Below, piece by piece: positions 8,952 to 19,707 of a DNA stretch of 64,000 bases. The DNA lies in NCBI GenBank assembly GCA_051599415.1, contig AP039698.1, forward strand, positions 1 through 64,000, read 5' to 3'. The notes beneath the pieces were generated by a model that was given only the letters and a program-made list of their open reading frames with translations, did not search any database and had not been told where the DNA came from. The position numbers and the translations under genes were made by a program. The stretch comes from Savitreella phatthalungensis (taxonomy: Eukaryota). The number at the start of each line of letters is the position of its first letter. Position 1 is the stretch's first letter.

Positions 8952-10193
8952 ATGATGCTGGCAGTGGTTCTCGTCGTGGGTGTGCTGGCCGAGTTAGCAT
9001 CGCAAAAGGTGTTCATCTCATCGTTTTCAACAAGCAGTGTATATGATCTGCTGCATCCATCGATGCGCAGCATGCAGGCAGAAGACATCGGACTGCTCGT
9101 GCTGGAACAAGCCAGCGAAAAGCTTCGCTTCGCCATCACGATGACCAAGGGTATTCACTTGTCCCTTGACCATCGCATGGAGCCTCATTTCGAGGGACAG
9201 CAGCATGCGCCATGGCATCTCGCACGCCTGAATCTAGAGCACAAACTGAACCCTATGCTCGAAATGCACTACTTTTACGAGCGGCATGCTGGCAGGAAAG
9301 GGTATATTTTCCTCCTCGACAGCGGCATTGACGTAAACAGTCCGGCTTTCGCCAATCGCGCACGAATCGACTATCCTGCCAGAGCACCAGCGGCGAGACG
9401 GGATCCGGTCGGACATGGCACCGCGATTGCTGGTGTTGCAATCAGCGAGCGGCTTGGCGTGGCTAAGGCAGCCGAAATTGCCCCACGAGTGACGTGGGCA
9501 GACGAGCGCGGGCCTTCCGTCGAGTTGCTATTGAGATGCATGCGAAGCGTGAGCTATACATTGAGGGCGAGACCGTGGAGGTCAGGCAGACTTGCTGAGC
9601 GGACTCCGATCGTTGTCATTGCGGCAAGCACCCTCTACAGCTGGGCAATTCATAGGCACATCGTCGATTTGAATTTGCACGGCGCACTAGTCGTGGCTGC
9701 CGCATCGGACACAAGCGCGCAACCATGCGCGCTAAGTCCAGCTTCCGATGCAGAGATTGTGACGGTTGGCGGCACGACGAGGGACGACACCTTCTTTGGG
9801 CTCGCCGGTGGGTCGTGCATCGATCTGCTGGCGCCGGCAAAGGATTTGCAGGTGCCGGCACCGGTCTTCGAAGCCCCACGTGATGCTGACGCTGACGGCA
9901 CCTTTGTGCGATCGGGAAACTCGCTCGCCGCTGGAATCGTCGCAGGCCTCGCTGCTGTTTACGCGGATCATGTGCCGCCCCAAATCTCAGTTCTAAACAG
10001 GCGCGTGCTCCTCACAAATTTGCTGAGGACACGCGCCACGCCGAATACGATCGGGGGCGTGCCCGATGCGACACCCAACCTGCTGGCATGGTACCTCCCC
10101 TACGATGTCTGGCGTCGAGTTTATCCTAATAGACAGACTTATCCGGGCCACGTGAGACCGAGAGCCAGTCACGCGGCCGAGCCGAGTAGATAG
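8952..10193 (+). CDS. Secreted subtilisin-like (S8) protease, divergent
   Basis: Signal peptide; APWHLAR; triad motifs LDSG, GHGT and GNS; TVGG; DLLAP; TPNLL. Confidence 0.85.
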   Translation: MMLAVVLVVGVLAELASQKVFISSFSTSSVYDLLHPSMRSMQAEDIGLLVLEQASEKLRFAITMTKGIHLSLDHRMEPHFEGQQHAPWHLARLNLEHKLNPMLEMHYFYERHAGRKGYIFLLDSGIDVNSPAFANRARIDYPARAPAARRDPVGHGTAIAGVAISERLGVAKAAEIAPRVTWADERGPSVELLLRCMRSVSYTLRARPWRSGRLAERTPIVVIAASTLYSWAIHRHIVDLNLHGALVVAAASDTSAQPCALSPASDAEIVTVGGTTRDDTFFGLAGGSCIDLLAPAKDLQVPAPVFEAPRDADADGTFVRSGNSLAAGIVAGLAAVYADHVPPQISVLNRRVLLTNLLRTRATPNTIGGVPDATPNLLAWYLPYDVWRRVYPNRQTYPGHVRPRASHAAEPSR

Positions 10194-10239
10194 ATATATA
10201 TACGCTCGTAGAGGCAATGCAAGGCAATGCAAGACTGCG

Positions 10240-11427
10240 ATGTTGCGAGGATTGCTCGCCCTCGGCGTGGCTTTCGCAGCCGAGCTTGCCTCAAGCAGAA
10301 TCTATGTCTCAAGCCGAGCGCTGCGTCATGTCGAGCAGCTCCTTCATCCGTCTGTAGAGCGCGATTTCGATTACGTCGAGCTCTTCAACGGCTTCAGCTT
10401 ATCATCGGCGAGCGACCGTGTTCGCAAGTCTCTGAGCAGTATACGCGGCATTCGAGTATCTGTGGACAGCCAGATGATACCGAGCAGTTTGCTTGCGCAG
10501 GAATATGCCCCTCCTCATCTCGCAAGGCTGCAGCTGGATAGACCAGTCGGCCCGGACCGCGGACCTTACGTCTACCGTTACGAGTCGCGATTCCAGGGTA
10601 GGAGTCAGACGATCAATGTGATGGACAGCGGGATAGACAACTCGCACAGCGCACTGTATGGCCGGATCAGATACATGCGGGCCTATGGCGACCGCGATAC
10701 AGATCCACATGGACATGGTACAGCCGTAGCTGGCCTCATTATCGGACATAGATATTCAGTCGCGAAGGAGGCACGTATTGTGTCTCGTACCAATTGGGTC
10801 AATGGCGTTCCAACCATTGATGCGACACTACAATGTCTCCGTGCGTTACGGCAGCTCGCGGCCTCGCCGACCTTTTGCGGAGACAATTGGGCAAGGCGTC
10901 AGCATTCTGTCATCATCACTGCCAACGCTCCTTGGAACGATGCACTTGATGTGGCTATACAGCATGTCGTCACAATTTTCGGCATCATTGTTGTGGCTTC
11001 GGCAGGACACGGCGCCGCAGACGCATGCCAATTCACGCCTTCAGGCTCTCCTCCCGTCATCACAGTCGGCGGCATCGACCAGAACGACAATTTCTGGCTA
11101 GACGGGGGTCATGGACCGTGTGTCGATGTCCTTGCGCCTGCGCAGGCGCTGCGATCAACCGGATCTCATCGATTGCACCTCGAGCCTGGCTCTAGTATAC
11201 AAGATGTCGAGGTCCTAGTTGACGGCACTTCCTTCGCCGCTGCGTTGTCTGTCGGGATGGCTGCGGCTTGGGCCGATATTCTCCAGCATTCGCTGTTGCG
11301 CGAGCGCCGGCCTGATTACGTCCGCTTTCTCATATTGTCAACCGCACAAGCCGGCGCAATTCGATTCGTACCGCCAAGCACACCAAACCTAGTGTTGAAA
11401 TATGTCCCTGGACAGATTCCCGGATAA
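10240..11427 (+). CDS. Secreted subtilisin-like (S8) protease, tandem paralog
   Basis: Signal peptide; MDSGID, HGHGT, GTSFA; DAC..TP; CVDVLAP; TPNL. Confidence 0.88.
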   Translation: MLRGLLALGVAFAAELASSRIYVSSRALRHVEQLLHPSVERDFDYVELFNGFSLSSASDRVRKSLSSIRGIRVSVDSQMIPSSLLAQEYAPPHLARLQLDRPVGPDRGPYVYRYESRFQGRSQTINVMDSGIDNSHSALYGRIRYMRAYGDRDTDPHGHGTAVAGLIIGHRYSVAKEARIVSRTNWVNGVPTIDATLQCLRALRQLAASPTFCGDNWARRQHSVIITANAPWNDALDVAIQHVVTIFGIIVVASAGHGAADACQFTPSGSPPVITVGGIDQNDNFWLDGGHGPCVDVLAPAQALRSTGSHRLHLEPGSSIQDVEVLVDGTSFAAALSVGMAAAWADILQHSLLRERRPDYVRFLILSTAQAGAIRFVPPSTPNLVLKYVPGQIPG

Positions 11428-11592
11428 ATCAGCTCGCCTAGCTGGGCTCCCTTGAACGCAGCCGGAGTCGCGTCTCAAAGCCCGCGTTGTCCTGCACAGG
11501 CTGCCCAGGCTGATGGGGCATATCGGCCCCGCAGCCCGTAATCAGGTACAGCAACATGTCCCATAGCGACAGCCGGGACAAGGCTAGAGCGC

Positions 11593-13050
11593 ATGGAAGA
11601 GTTCGAGAAGTGGTTGAAGCGACATGACGTCTACTTACATCGGGGCCTGAGGATCTGTGTGCGCGACGGCCGTCGGTCGGTCTTTGCAGATCGTGCAATT
11701 CCACGCGGTACAATTGTCTTGCGAGTACCAAAGGATTGTATTCTGTCGAGATGCTCATCGCCTCTTGCGAATCTATTCGCTGACTGGGGCGGAACTCTCG
11801 ATGCTCAGGTAGCTCTTACACTTTCCTTCCTCTACGAATGCCATGTCGGCGAGGCGAGTCCATGGACGGCATACATACGGCTATTCCCTGAGACGATTGA
11901 CAGCCCAAAGCTTTGGTCCAGCGAAGCATCCGCTTCGCTGTCTTGCACAGAGGTTGGCACAGTAGGTGGTACAGATGTTCGGGATTGGCAGCGACAGTTC
12001 GACCGGCAAGTCGTGCCATTTCTCGCGTACGTGCAGCTCCGGGTACCGAGCCTGACTGAATTCCGTGTCAACTTTCCCGAGTTCTGTCGCGCGATCGCCG
12101 TTGTCGGTTCCCGTGCATTCGAGATCGACGCTTTCCACGGATTGGCGCTTGTGCCATTCGCCGATATGCTGGATCACGAGCTCTTGGAGACGGTCCATTT
12201 CGAAACCGACTACGAGGTCTGTGAGGAATGCGGGGCACGCGCAGGCGATTGCGGGCACACGATCGATGACGATGAGTTGACCTCGAATCTTGGAGAGGAC
12301 ACCTGTGATCTCCGCGTCTGTCGCCCATTGGCGAAAGGTCAAGAAGTCTTCAACACATATGGAGAGCTAGGTAATGACGTTCTGCTCCCGAAATTCGGTT
12401 TTGCGCTCGAAGGCAATATTTGGGATCGTGTGCATCTAAGGACGAGTAAGGGTGCCGATGCTCTGCCACACGAGGACCATGTCGCGTTGATTCGACCGCA
12501 AGTTGCTGCCTGGCTAGCGTTAGATGGTTTGCCGGTGGCGTCGCTGGAGGATGCATGCTTTTTCCGCTACGACGGCACGCCGTCAAATGCGATGCTGCTT
12601 TGTGCTTTCCGATTCTCAACATCAACGACAGAGTCTTTCCATGCTCAACAGCTTTTGAATCTTTGGCGACTCGTCTTGCTGTCCGCGACGTCAATCCATC
12701 AGCCTATACAGCCGCAGAACATCCTCGATCCGTACAGTGAGAGTGATCTGAAGTTCATTCAGGGCCGACCTCCACTACGTCCGATTCGTCCGCTTCCGCG
12801 ATCGAGCCTCCTGTTGGCTGCATCGCTCGAAGCCGATCAGCTCGACTCCGCTTTGGACAAAATCAGAGCCGGCTGCATCGTCCTCTCAGGCTGGGCCGGT
12901 GCCTTGGACGAGAGACGGGCATCGGCACGCATTTCCGCCGAGCACCCGTTGTGCAAAATCATTCATGCTGGAGAGCACGCCCTGCTGCTACGTGCCGTTG
13001 AGCTCTTGGGCGCCTGCATTGCTTCTTGCGATGACTTGCGCGATGTGTGA
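11593..13050 (+). CDS. SET-domain protein lysine methyltransferase (Rkm3/SETD6-like)
   Basis: F..WL, SPW..YI, SRAFEID.FHGLALVPFADMLDH, and EVFNTYGEL.N..LL..FGF. Confidence 0.9.
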   Translation: MEEFEKWLKRHDVYLHRGLRICVRDGRRSVFADRAIPRGTIVLRVPKDCILSRCSSPLANLFADWGGTLDAQVALTLSFLYECHVGEASPWTAYIRLFPETIDSPKLWSSEASASLSCTEVGTVGGTDVRDWQRQFDRQVVPFLAYVQLRVPSLTEFRVNFPEFCRAIAVVGSRAFEIDAFHGLALVPFADMLDHELLETVHFETDYEVCEECGARAGDCGHTIDDDELTSNLGEDTCDLRVCRPLAKGQEVFNTYGELGNDVLLPKFGFALEGNIWDRVHLRTSKGADALPHEDHVALIRPQVAAWLALDGLPVASLEDACFFRYDGTPSNAMLLCAFRFSTSTTESFHAQQLLNLWRLVLLSATSIHQPIQPQNILDPYSESDLKFIQGRPPLRPIRPLPRSSLLLAASLEADQLDSALDKIRAGCIVLSGWAGALDERRASARISAEHPLCKIIHAGEHALLLRAVELLGACIASCDDLRDV

Positions 13051-14997
13051 GTCTGCATTGACAGCCTCATGAATTGTCGATCGGAATCTGCTCTGACCGA
13101 CGAGCTGCACTATTCCAGCCAAGGCGAAGCGCACTCGCACGGCTGGCCTGACTCTGCAGAACCACACGTCCACACCGCGCGTCACGTAAGACGTACAGAT
13201 TTCCTGGAGGATTTGCGCCGCTGCTCCATCCATGTCACTAACGCCATCGAAGTCGAATACCACACGTTGGTTCTGAACGTGTGCTCGCCGCGGTGGCTCT
13301 GATGGGTGGACTTGTGTGTCGCCGTAGCGCTCCAGTCGATCGAGACGATCCTTCAACTGGCCTGTATTTGCGAAGTAAAGTGGCTCTGGCACACGGACCA
13401 GGAGACATCCTTCGATATTCTCTACCTCATCGGGTGATTCATTGACGGGAAGGAACTCTTGTGTGCCAGGCAGGCGACCAAGGATTCGAACGCGTGGCGA
13501 TTGTGAGTGCTTGACGACCCGAAGTAGCGATACAGCTACCCCTGCTCCAATGCCGAATTCGAGCGATACAATCAAAGTAAGAAGGAATACGAGGCTCATG
13601 AGGCCAAGTTCTGCATAGCCTCTCGTCTTGACAAAAAAATGTACATCATGCGGGGCCTCCTGGATCAATGTGAACATAACCACGACCACGATGCTCGAAA
13701 GTGTCGCCTTTGGCACGTAGTAGAAGAGCGGAAGAAGCAAGGCCAATGCAATGGCGATGCACGCCGCACAGATAACACCGCTTAGATGTGTCCGGCCCCC
13801 GGAGGAGATATTGACCTTCGACCGGCTGTAAGAGGCGAAAACTGGCAGGGCGCCGAAGAGACTGTTCGCGAGGTTTGCCGCGCCAAGAGCCACCATCTCG
13901 CGGTTTGCGGAGACGTGATAGTTGAAGGTGTTACCCAAGGACTTGCCTGCAACCACAGTCTCGAAAAAGCCGAGCAAAGAACACAAGACCGCAGTCGATA
14001 GCGACTTACGAGCTATGTCTGTGCTTCTGACCGGAAAGCTCGGCGCGATGGGTCGGGCATCGACGTGGCCGAGAACAGCAACTCCATGCAGGTCTAGATC
14101 GAGCATGTTTGTCAACAGTGTTGTGCCAATGACAACGAGGAGGATATCCGGCACACTGATGATCCAGGGAGCACGCGACTTGAGCTTAAATTTGGCTGTG
14201 CGCGTGCAGATGAGGAAAACGAGCGTACTGAGGGAGAGGAAGGCAGTATACTTGTGCGTGTGTCTGAGGTTCCGAATCACGAATGCAGCCTTCTCGATCG
14301 GCGAAAAGTGGACTACGCCTGTCCGTTCCGCTAAAGCGCTGAGACCTAATGCTGGGATTGACTGATCGAATACGATGACGACAGCCACAGCCGTAATGAA
14401 GCCTCGCAAAAGTGGCCGACTCAGTACAGAATCTAAAAAGCCTAGACGTAGAAGGCCCGCTAGGAAGACCATTGCGCCGCAAAGGAACGTGACCGTCGCG
14501 GTGATCGTAATCGCTTCGCGCGTACTGTGAGATTGTCCAAGCTGCGATCGAATTGTCTCTCCGATGAGTAGAGAGAGTGCCGATTCTGGACCGACGTTCA
14601 TCTGAGCGCAAGAACCGAGAAGACTATAAACGACCGGACCAACAGCGGCGGCGTACAGGCCGTATACAGGCGGAATTTTAGCCAAGTTTGCGGCATACGA
14701 GAGCGAGACGGGTACAATCACACAAGCAGTGCTCAGACCGCCGAGGATATCGCCGGCTAGGTACTTGAACTCGTAAGCAGGTATCCATCGAGCAGCAGGG
14801 AGATAGTACTGCAGACGTCGTCTTGCTGTATCCCGTCTCCGAGGCTTACGACGCTCGATTCCAATGGTCGGAGTGTCAGGCCGGGAACCTGGCAGGCTGT
14901 CGATGGTCTGGGCTGTATAGAAAGGCAGTCTCTGGGCCTTGACAGACGTCTGATGAGTCCGTCCATCAGAAACAGGCGAGTTTGTCTCCGAACTCAT
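12988..14997 (-). CDS. SulP/SLC26 sulfate (anion) transporter with STAS domain
   Basis: GD..GGL, P.YGLY, NREMVALG.AN, SRS..N, and STAS motif LYFAN; many TM helices. Confidence 0.95.
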   Translation of the reverse strand: MSSETNSPVSDGRTHQTSVKAQRLPFYTAQTIDSLPGSRPDTPTIGIERRKPRRRDTARRRLQYYLPAARWIPAYEFKYLAGDILGGLSTACVIVPVSLSYAANLAKIPPVYGLYAAAVGPVVYSLLGSCAQMNVGPESALSLLIGETIRSQLGQSHSTREAITITATVTFLCGAMVFLAGLLRLGFLDSVLSRPLLRGFITAVAVVIVFDQSIPALGLSALAERTGVVHFSPIEKAAFVIRNLRHTHKYTAFLSLSTLVFLICTRTAKFKLKSRAPWIISVPDILLVVIGTTLLTNMLDLDLHGVAVLGHVDARPIAPSFPVRSTDIARKSLSTAVLCSLLGFFETVVAGKSLGNTFNYHVSANREMVALGAANLANSLFGALPVFASYSRSKVNISSGGRTHLSGVICAACIAIALALLLPLFYYVPKATLSSIVVVVMFTLIQEAPHDVHFFVKTRGYAELGLMSLVFLLTLIVSLEFGIGAGVAVSLLRVVKHSQSPRVRILGRLPGTQEFLPVNESPDEVENIEGCLLVRVPEPLYFANTGQLKDRLDRLERYGDTQVHPSEPPRRAHVQNQRVVFDFDGVSDMDGAAAQILQEICTSYVTRGVDVWFCRVRPAVRVRFALAGIVQLVGQSRFRSTIHEAVNADSHIAQVIARSNAGAQELNGT

Positions 14998-16467
14998 CTA
15001 GCCATGCCTTGTAGACGAGCGCCGTTGTTGAGCACGTACCGTACTGTACTCTAAAGCACGTCACTGTGAGCACTGCATTTCACATGAAGTGAGCATCATG
15101 CAGCGCAAATATGCACGTAAATTAACTGATCGAACATGAAAACTGTTTGAGCACAGCTAAATGCCTTTGAAGTGTCGATTTTTGAGCTACAGTACTCAAA
15201 TCAGACTTGCCATGAGATCGACCAGAAGCGTGCCGGTGCCCACATGATCCTTTGAATGTTTGTTCTCCTAATGAGCTATGAGTAGTGAGCTGTAATGTTT
15301 AAGCGAAGTGCAAGAGGGGTCTATCATATCATATACGTGATGCTAAATGCAGCGCAGAAGGCACTTCATAAATCGACTGCGCCACCGAGCAATCGATCAG
15401 GTCAAGCGCCGTGATTCAAGAAGAATGCGAGAGGGACTGATTAAAGTGTTTTTTGAGCATCATGATATCGATCAGCTTGAGCCTCAAACCACGTTCCGTG
15501 GACCAGATCAAGCTCGTCACGAGTACACCAGACTGTAAGCTGGATGCCGAACAGCTCTATCCGCTCTTTTGGTCTGTACCGTGTAGGTGTGTGTTCGTGC
15601 TGTCTTCGGATCATCTGTTTGACAATTGACTCACACTCTATGGTGTTATCGGCCTCGGCGTGTAACGATCGGCGTCTCCGGATCGGCGCTTCTCCGCAGC
15701 TTCGGTGGACTTTGCTGGATTTTTTGGCCGATGGGCAGTATCATATTAGGGTGATTAAACATGTATCCAAATTAATCCGAGTGATCTCTATGACATGCGC
15801 AGTCTATTGCATGCTGGAATTCAACCTTCGAAGTGAGGTAAGAACCTAAGCTGACGGCCATAACAAATTCAATGTTCCCTTCCCACAGCAATCTCCTTGA
15901 GGCTTTCATAGTCTGAAAACAGGCACCTCATGTGCGGATATCGAAAGACAGTGAATGATATCCAAAGTTTCCGCCTAATACTTGACCAGAATCTGAACAA
16001 GGTTAAAGTAACTCAAAATTGTTGACGGTGTCGAGCTATGCGCAAATTCAATTTCAGGTATCGATTGGTGTTTTAGGACAATCCAATCTGATCCGGACCA
16101 ATCAAATCAGATTGATGGAGAGATGGGCTCCACTTTCTTTTCCACTTCGATAACGTTGCGTGGAGTCGAATCGATCGTCATGCCCGATGCATGGCTAAGC
16201 GGAGCGGGTAGCCCTCACATTTTGAAAAATATCTGATTATCCGCTGGGTCGCGGTGAGTGCATGAGCTCTCTCATTTTCAATTCAAAAAATTCTTACTAA
16301 CGAGCACGCGTCGGCCCCGGAGGCAATTTTTGAAGCACTGTAGGAAGTGTAGTCCATAAAGACCAGGTCTCGCAAGCGACAGTCTACCGACATATCGTCT
16401 TCCATCACGCGTTTACATAAAGCTCCAGGTCAACGCCGCCTTCCTCCACAAAATTCACATCTCCGCC

Positions 16468-16806
16468 ATGAACGCTGCAGCCCTTCGCGCTTCCCCCGTC
16501 CTTCGTGCCTCGCACGCCCGGACACCACTGATTAAGTTCCTCGGCAAGCGTTCATTTCCAGCTGAAGCCGACCACGCACAGCGACCTCACCCAATGGCAC
16601 CTCAGGGAGTCATTCCGTCATCATTCCAGGAGTATCGCAAGACTGCTCAACAACACGGTCCACTAAAGACAGGTGCTGCCGCCGGTGCAGCTGCAGTCGG
16701 CGCTGTGTTCTCACGCAGCCAGCTCCCTTCTCAGTACCACTACATCACAATGTCAGCCGAAGAGGCGGAGGCAATTGAGTCTGGTGGTGCATCCTTTGTC
16801 ATCTAG
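16468..16806 (+). CDS. KGD4: 2-oxoglutarate dehydrogenase adaptor Kgd4 / MRPS36
   Basis: Mitochondrial presequence, PLIKFLGKR, and C-terminal EAIESGGA. Confidence 0.9.
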   Translation: MNAAALRASPVLRASHARTPLIKFLGKRSFPAEADHAQRPHPMAPQGVIPSSFQEYRKTAQQHGPLKTGAAAGAAAVGAVFSRSQLPSQYHYITMSAEEAEAIESGGASFVI

Positions 16807-17196
16807 ACGTCCTTGGGCACGCATAGATGCGAAACGAGCCACCTCCCCGTGTAGACACGATCCTTGCACGGTTCTGGCATAGGCCACGACAATCGTCAAA
16901 CGAACAATACAACACATGATCGCGCCCCTGATAGAAGCGCAGCCGGAATGCCTGCCTTTGAAGCGCTCGCAGACAGCCATCTAGCTATACTGCATAACTC
17001 GTGAATACCTTCCAAAGACTATTAGAAATCTGCCTGATAGCCCGCGTGCGCGTGACTGAGCCTTAATATGCATGCAGTGAACATCCACGAAGCCGATCGA
17101 CTGAATACCTCCACAAAAATTACACCTGAAGCTAAGCAGTAAACTAAAGCCCTCACGCTATGCGCGTCAAAGGGCAAGCGACGTGGTGAATGCTTG

Positions 17197-19671
17197 ATGG
17201 ACGATTACCTTTACGATTTTTCGTCCGCTGTTCCAAGCTCAAGAGCTGAAACTCCTGCCCTTGATGGATCTCGGCTCGCCGCGGAAAAAACGGGCGAACC
17301 AGCGGCAGTGTTGACGGCGGAGCGTGCAGATCCACCCACTCCGGACAAGGCGCGTCCACGAGCTGCCAGCTTTCCAAGAGATTTCAGGACAGTGCGACCA
17401 GCTTTGCAGGTCTCCGTGGCATGGCTGAATTACTGTGGTCCGACAACTGTGGACGATGCTATGGACGAGAATGGAGATCAACTGCATGAGGACGCTGACG
17501 ATAGCGGCGGCCATCAAGACGCGATTGCGGACCTCGTTCTACTTGAATTACGACAGAGACACATCGTTGAGCTGGAAGAATGCAGACGAGTGTTACGCAA
17601 GGCCTCGACCGTATTAGAAACCCTGGAATCCGTCAGGATTGCTTTTGACGAGGTCGGCCGGCAGACATCAAGCCTGCAAAAGCAGTGTGAGGGGCTCACG
17701 AGGGAGGAGAAGGAGATCAGTCAAACTGCAGATGCTATTAGAGATCATCTTAAGAACTTTGCGCATCTCGTCGCCGCAGAACGCTTGTTGAACGCGCCTG
17801 GCTCAGCCGTTGTGACAAAGCCTGAATTTACCAGACTTGTGGACCAATTGCACAGCTCTATAGCTTTTCTCGATACGCACGGCGATTATCGAGATGCAGA
17901 AGTGTACCGCGCCAGGTATGCGCAGAACCTGACAAAAGCACTGTCGCTCAGCAAGGTCTTCTTTGTTGAAACGCTGCGCGCAGCTGCCGCCGAAGTGACA
18001 AGCATGAAGGCTTCTGGTCGTCTCAATGCAAACACGCAGTCGGCGCTTCTCTATACAAAATTTCGCAGCCTGGTGCCACAGCTGCAAGAGACTATAGATG
18101 CGATCCGGATGGCGTGTGGCAAGAATTCTGATTATGAGGGCCTGCTCGAGGATTGTCTGTCAGCTTATTTTGGTACTCGTCGCACTCTCGTGCAGCCATT
18201 CGTGCATTCCACAGTCAAGGAGATTTCGACTATCGAAGACTTGGCGCCACTGGGAGCGGCTGTCATCTCGTTCATTCGGCTCACTGCAACGGATGAGTAT
18301 GACTTGTTCGAGGCCTTCTTCTCGCCCGGCGACTCTCAACAGCATACCGCGCAAATCTCCCGTCGCGAGTATGAGCGTTTCCTTACCTGGCTCACCCAGC
18401 CGATGATAGACATTCTTCGCCCGCGACTTATCGCTGAAGCTCTTATCGCCCCGCTCTGCGAGCTCGTCGGTGCCCTGCAGTCCCAGTGTCGCAGAGAAGT
18501 CCCTGAGGCAGACGGCACGGGGAAAAAGCAGATTGACTTGGCGCCAATTCTGCAGAGCTTGCTCAACGACGCACGCATGCGCTTGGCCAGGCGTGCACGA
18601 GATGTGGTCAAGACCGATGTGATGACATATCAGCCAAGTGATGCTGAACTCAACTATCCGGACATCATTCTGTCGGTGCCACCACTAGGCAATGCGACAA
18701 TGGATTCGCAGGGTTTAGATTCGCAACTCATGCCCCATCATTGGTATCCGAGCCTGCGTTTGGGTTTGTCATTGCTTTCCAAAGTGCATCGACTCATGCC
18801 GACCACGTCTTTCGGACGACTCCTTCACGAGACTGTGCGCGCAGTAATGACATCGCTAACGCAAGCTGCACTGCTTATGCGACGTCGCAAGCATGTCAAC
18901 ACAGCCGATGCAGATCTCTTCCTTTTGCGTCATCTGCTCCTGCTAAAGGAGCAGATCGATGCAATGGAACTCGAGGACTGTGCAGATGAAACAGGGATGG
19001 ACATAGCCGGCGAACCTGAGCATGACGTGAATGGATCGGTCTGGTGGGATGCTAGAACCGAGATCGCCTCCGGATTCTTCTCTCTGGCTTCGAGGCTCGT
19101 GGGATCCGGCGCGCAGGAGCCAAACGCATCTGCAAATCGGCAGCATGCAGGGAGGACACCGCCGCATGCCTCTTACAAGCCGCAGCTATCGTATCGACAC
19201 GCATCGAGTCCGGCCGTAGTCGGCTCCCGGACAGGCAAGATTGAAGAAAAGGACGCACTGGAGGAGCTGGATAACTCGATGCGAGCTTGTATCGGCGCAT
19301 TGTCATCGCGTGTCAGCGATGATATTGCTGCAGCGCTGCGCAAGCCTCTTACTTCCGCTGCAGATGCGCTGGCAGCCCATGCAGACTATCGTTCGCATTT
19401 CGAGGTCATTTGGGAGCGCTTCGCTAGTCGCGCGGCTAGCTTCTTTGCGAAAGACGATCAGCGCATCGCTCGCGCCCTTTCTCGCGTTGTCAAGGATCGT
19501 GTGCTTGGAGAATATGAGAAGTTCCTGAATGCGTCTGGCGCAACCGATCTTCCATCGGTGCTCAACGAGTCTGACTGGATCACCCGTGTGACAGGCGTTG
19601 CGGAATACTCTGATGATGACGAACAGGACGAGGAAGAGGACATTGGCGAAGACGAGAACAGGAGTCAATGA
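17197..19671 (+). CDS. COG3: COG complex subunit 3 (Sec34)
   Basis: LNAPG, Y.A.Y...L..AL, LLYTKF, LCEL, WYP.L...L.LLSK, and DA.LFLL.HLL.LKEQI. Confidence 0.92.
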   Translation: MDDYLYDFSSAVPSSRAETPALDGSRLAAEKTGEPAAVLTAERADPPTPDKARPRAASFPRDFRTVRPALQVSVAWLNYCGPTTVDDAMDENGDQLHEDADDSGGHQDAIADLVLLELRQRHIVELEECRRVLRKASTVLETLESVRIAFDEVGRQTSSLQKQCEGLTREEKEISQTADAIRDHLKNFAHLVAAERLLNAPGSAVVTKPEFTRLVDQLHSSIAFLDTHGDYRDAEVYRARYAQNLTKALSLSKVFFVETLRAAAAEVTSMKASGRLNANTQSALLYTKFRSLVPQLQETIDAIRMACGKNSDYEGLLEDCLSAYFGTRRTLVQPFVHSTVKEISTIEDLAPLGAAVISFIRLTATDEYDLFEAFFSPGDSQQHTAQISRREYERFLTWLTQPMIDILRPRLIAEALIAPLCELVGALQSQCRREVPEADGTGKKQIDLAPILQSLLNDARMRLARRARDVVKTDVMTYQPSDAELNYPDIILSVPPLGNATMDSQGLDSQLMPHHWYPSLRLGLSLLSKVHRLMPTTSFGRLLHETVRAVMTSLTQAALLMRRRKHVNTADADLFLLRHLLLLKEQIDAMELEDCADETGMDIAGEPEHDVNGSVWWDARTEIASGFFSLASRLVGSGAQEPNASANRQHAGRTPPHASYKPQLSYRHASSPAVVGSRTGKIEEKDALEELDNSMRACIGALSSRVSDDIAAALRKPLTSAADALAAHADYRSHFEVIWERFASRAASFFAKDDQRIARALSRVVKDRVLGEYEKFLNASGATDLPSVLNESDWITRVTGVAEYSDDDEQDEEEDIGEDENRSQ

Positions 19672-19707
19672 GCTGTGAGCATATGCATCAAGGAAAATTA
19701 ATGATCA

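Noticed and set aside
15286..15367. GCTGTAATG...CGAAGTG resembling the 5' Alu motif of fungal SRP RNA
   Set aside because: No helix-8 GNRA/AGCA motif or long rod is visible downstream.
15746..15754. TCACCCTAA on the minus strand, resembling a telomerase template that would add TGAGGG
   Set aside because: One degenerate 9-mer is expected by chance in 64 kb, and I see no pseudoknot beside it on that strand.
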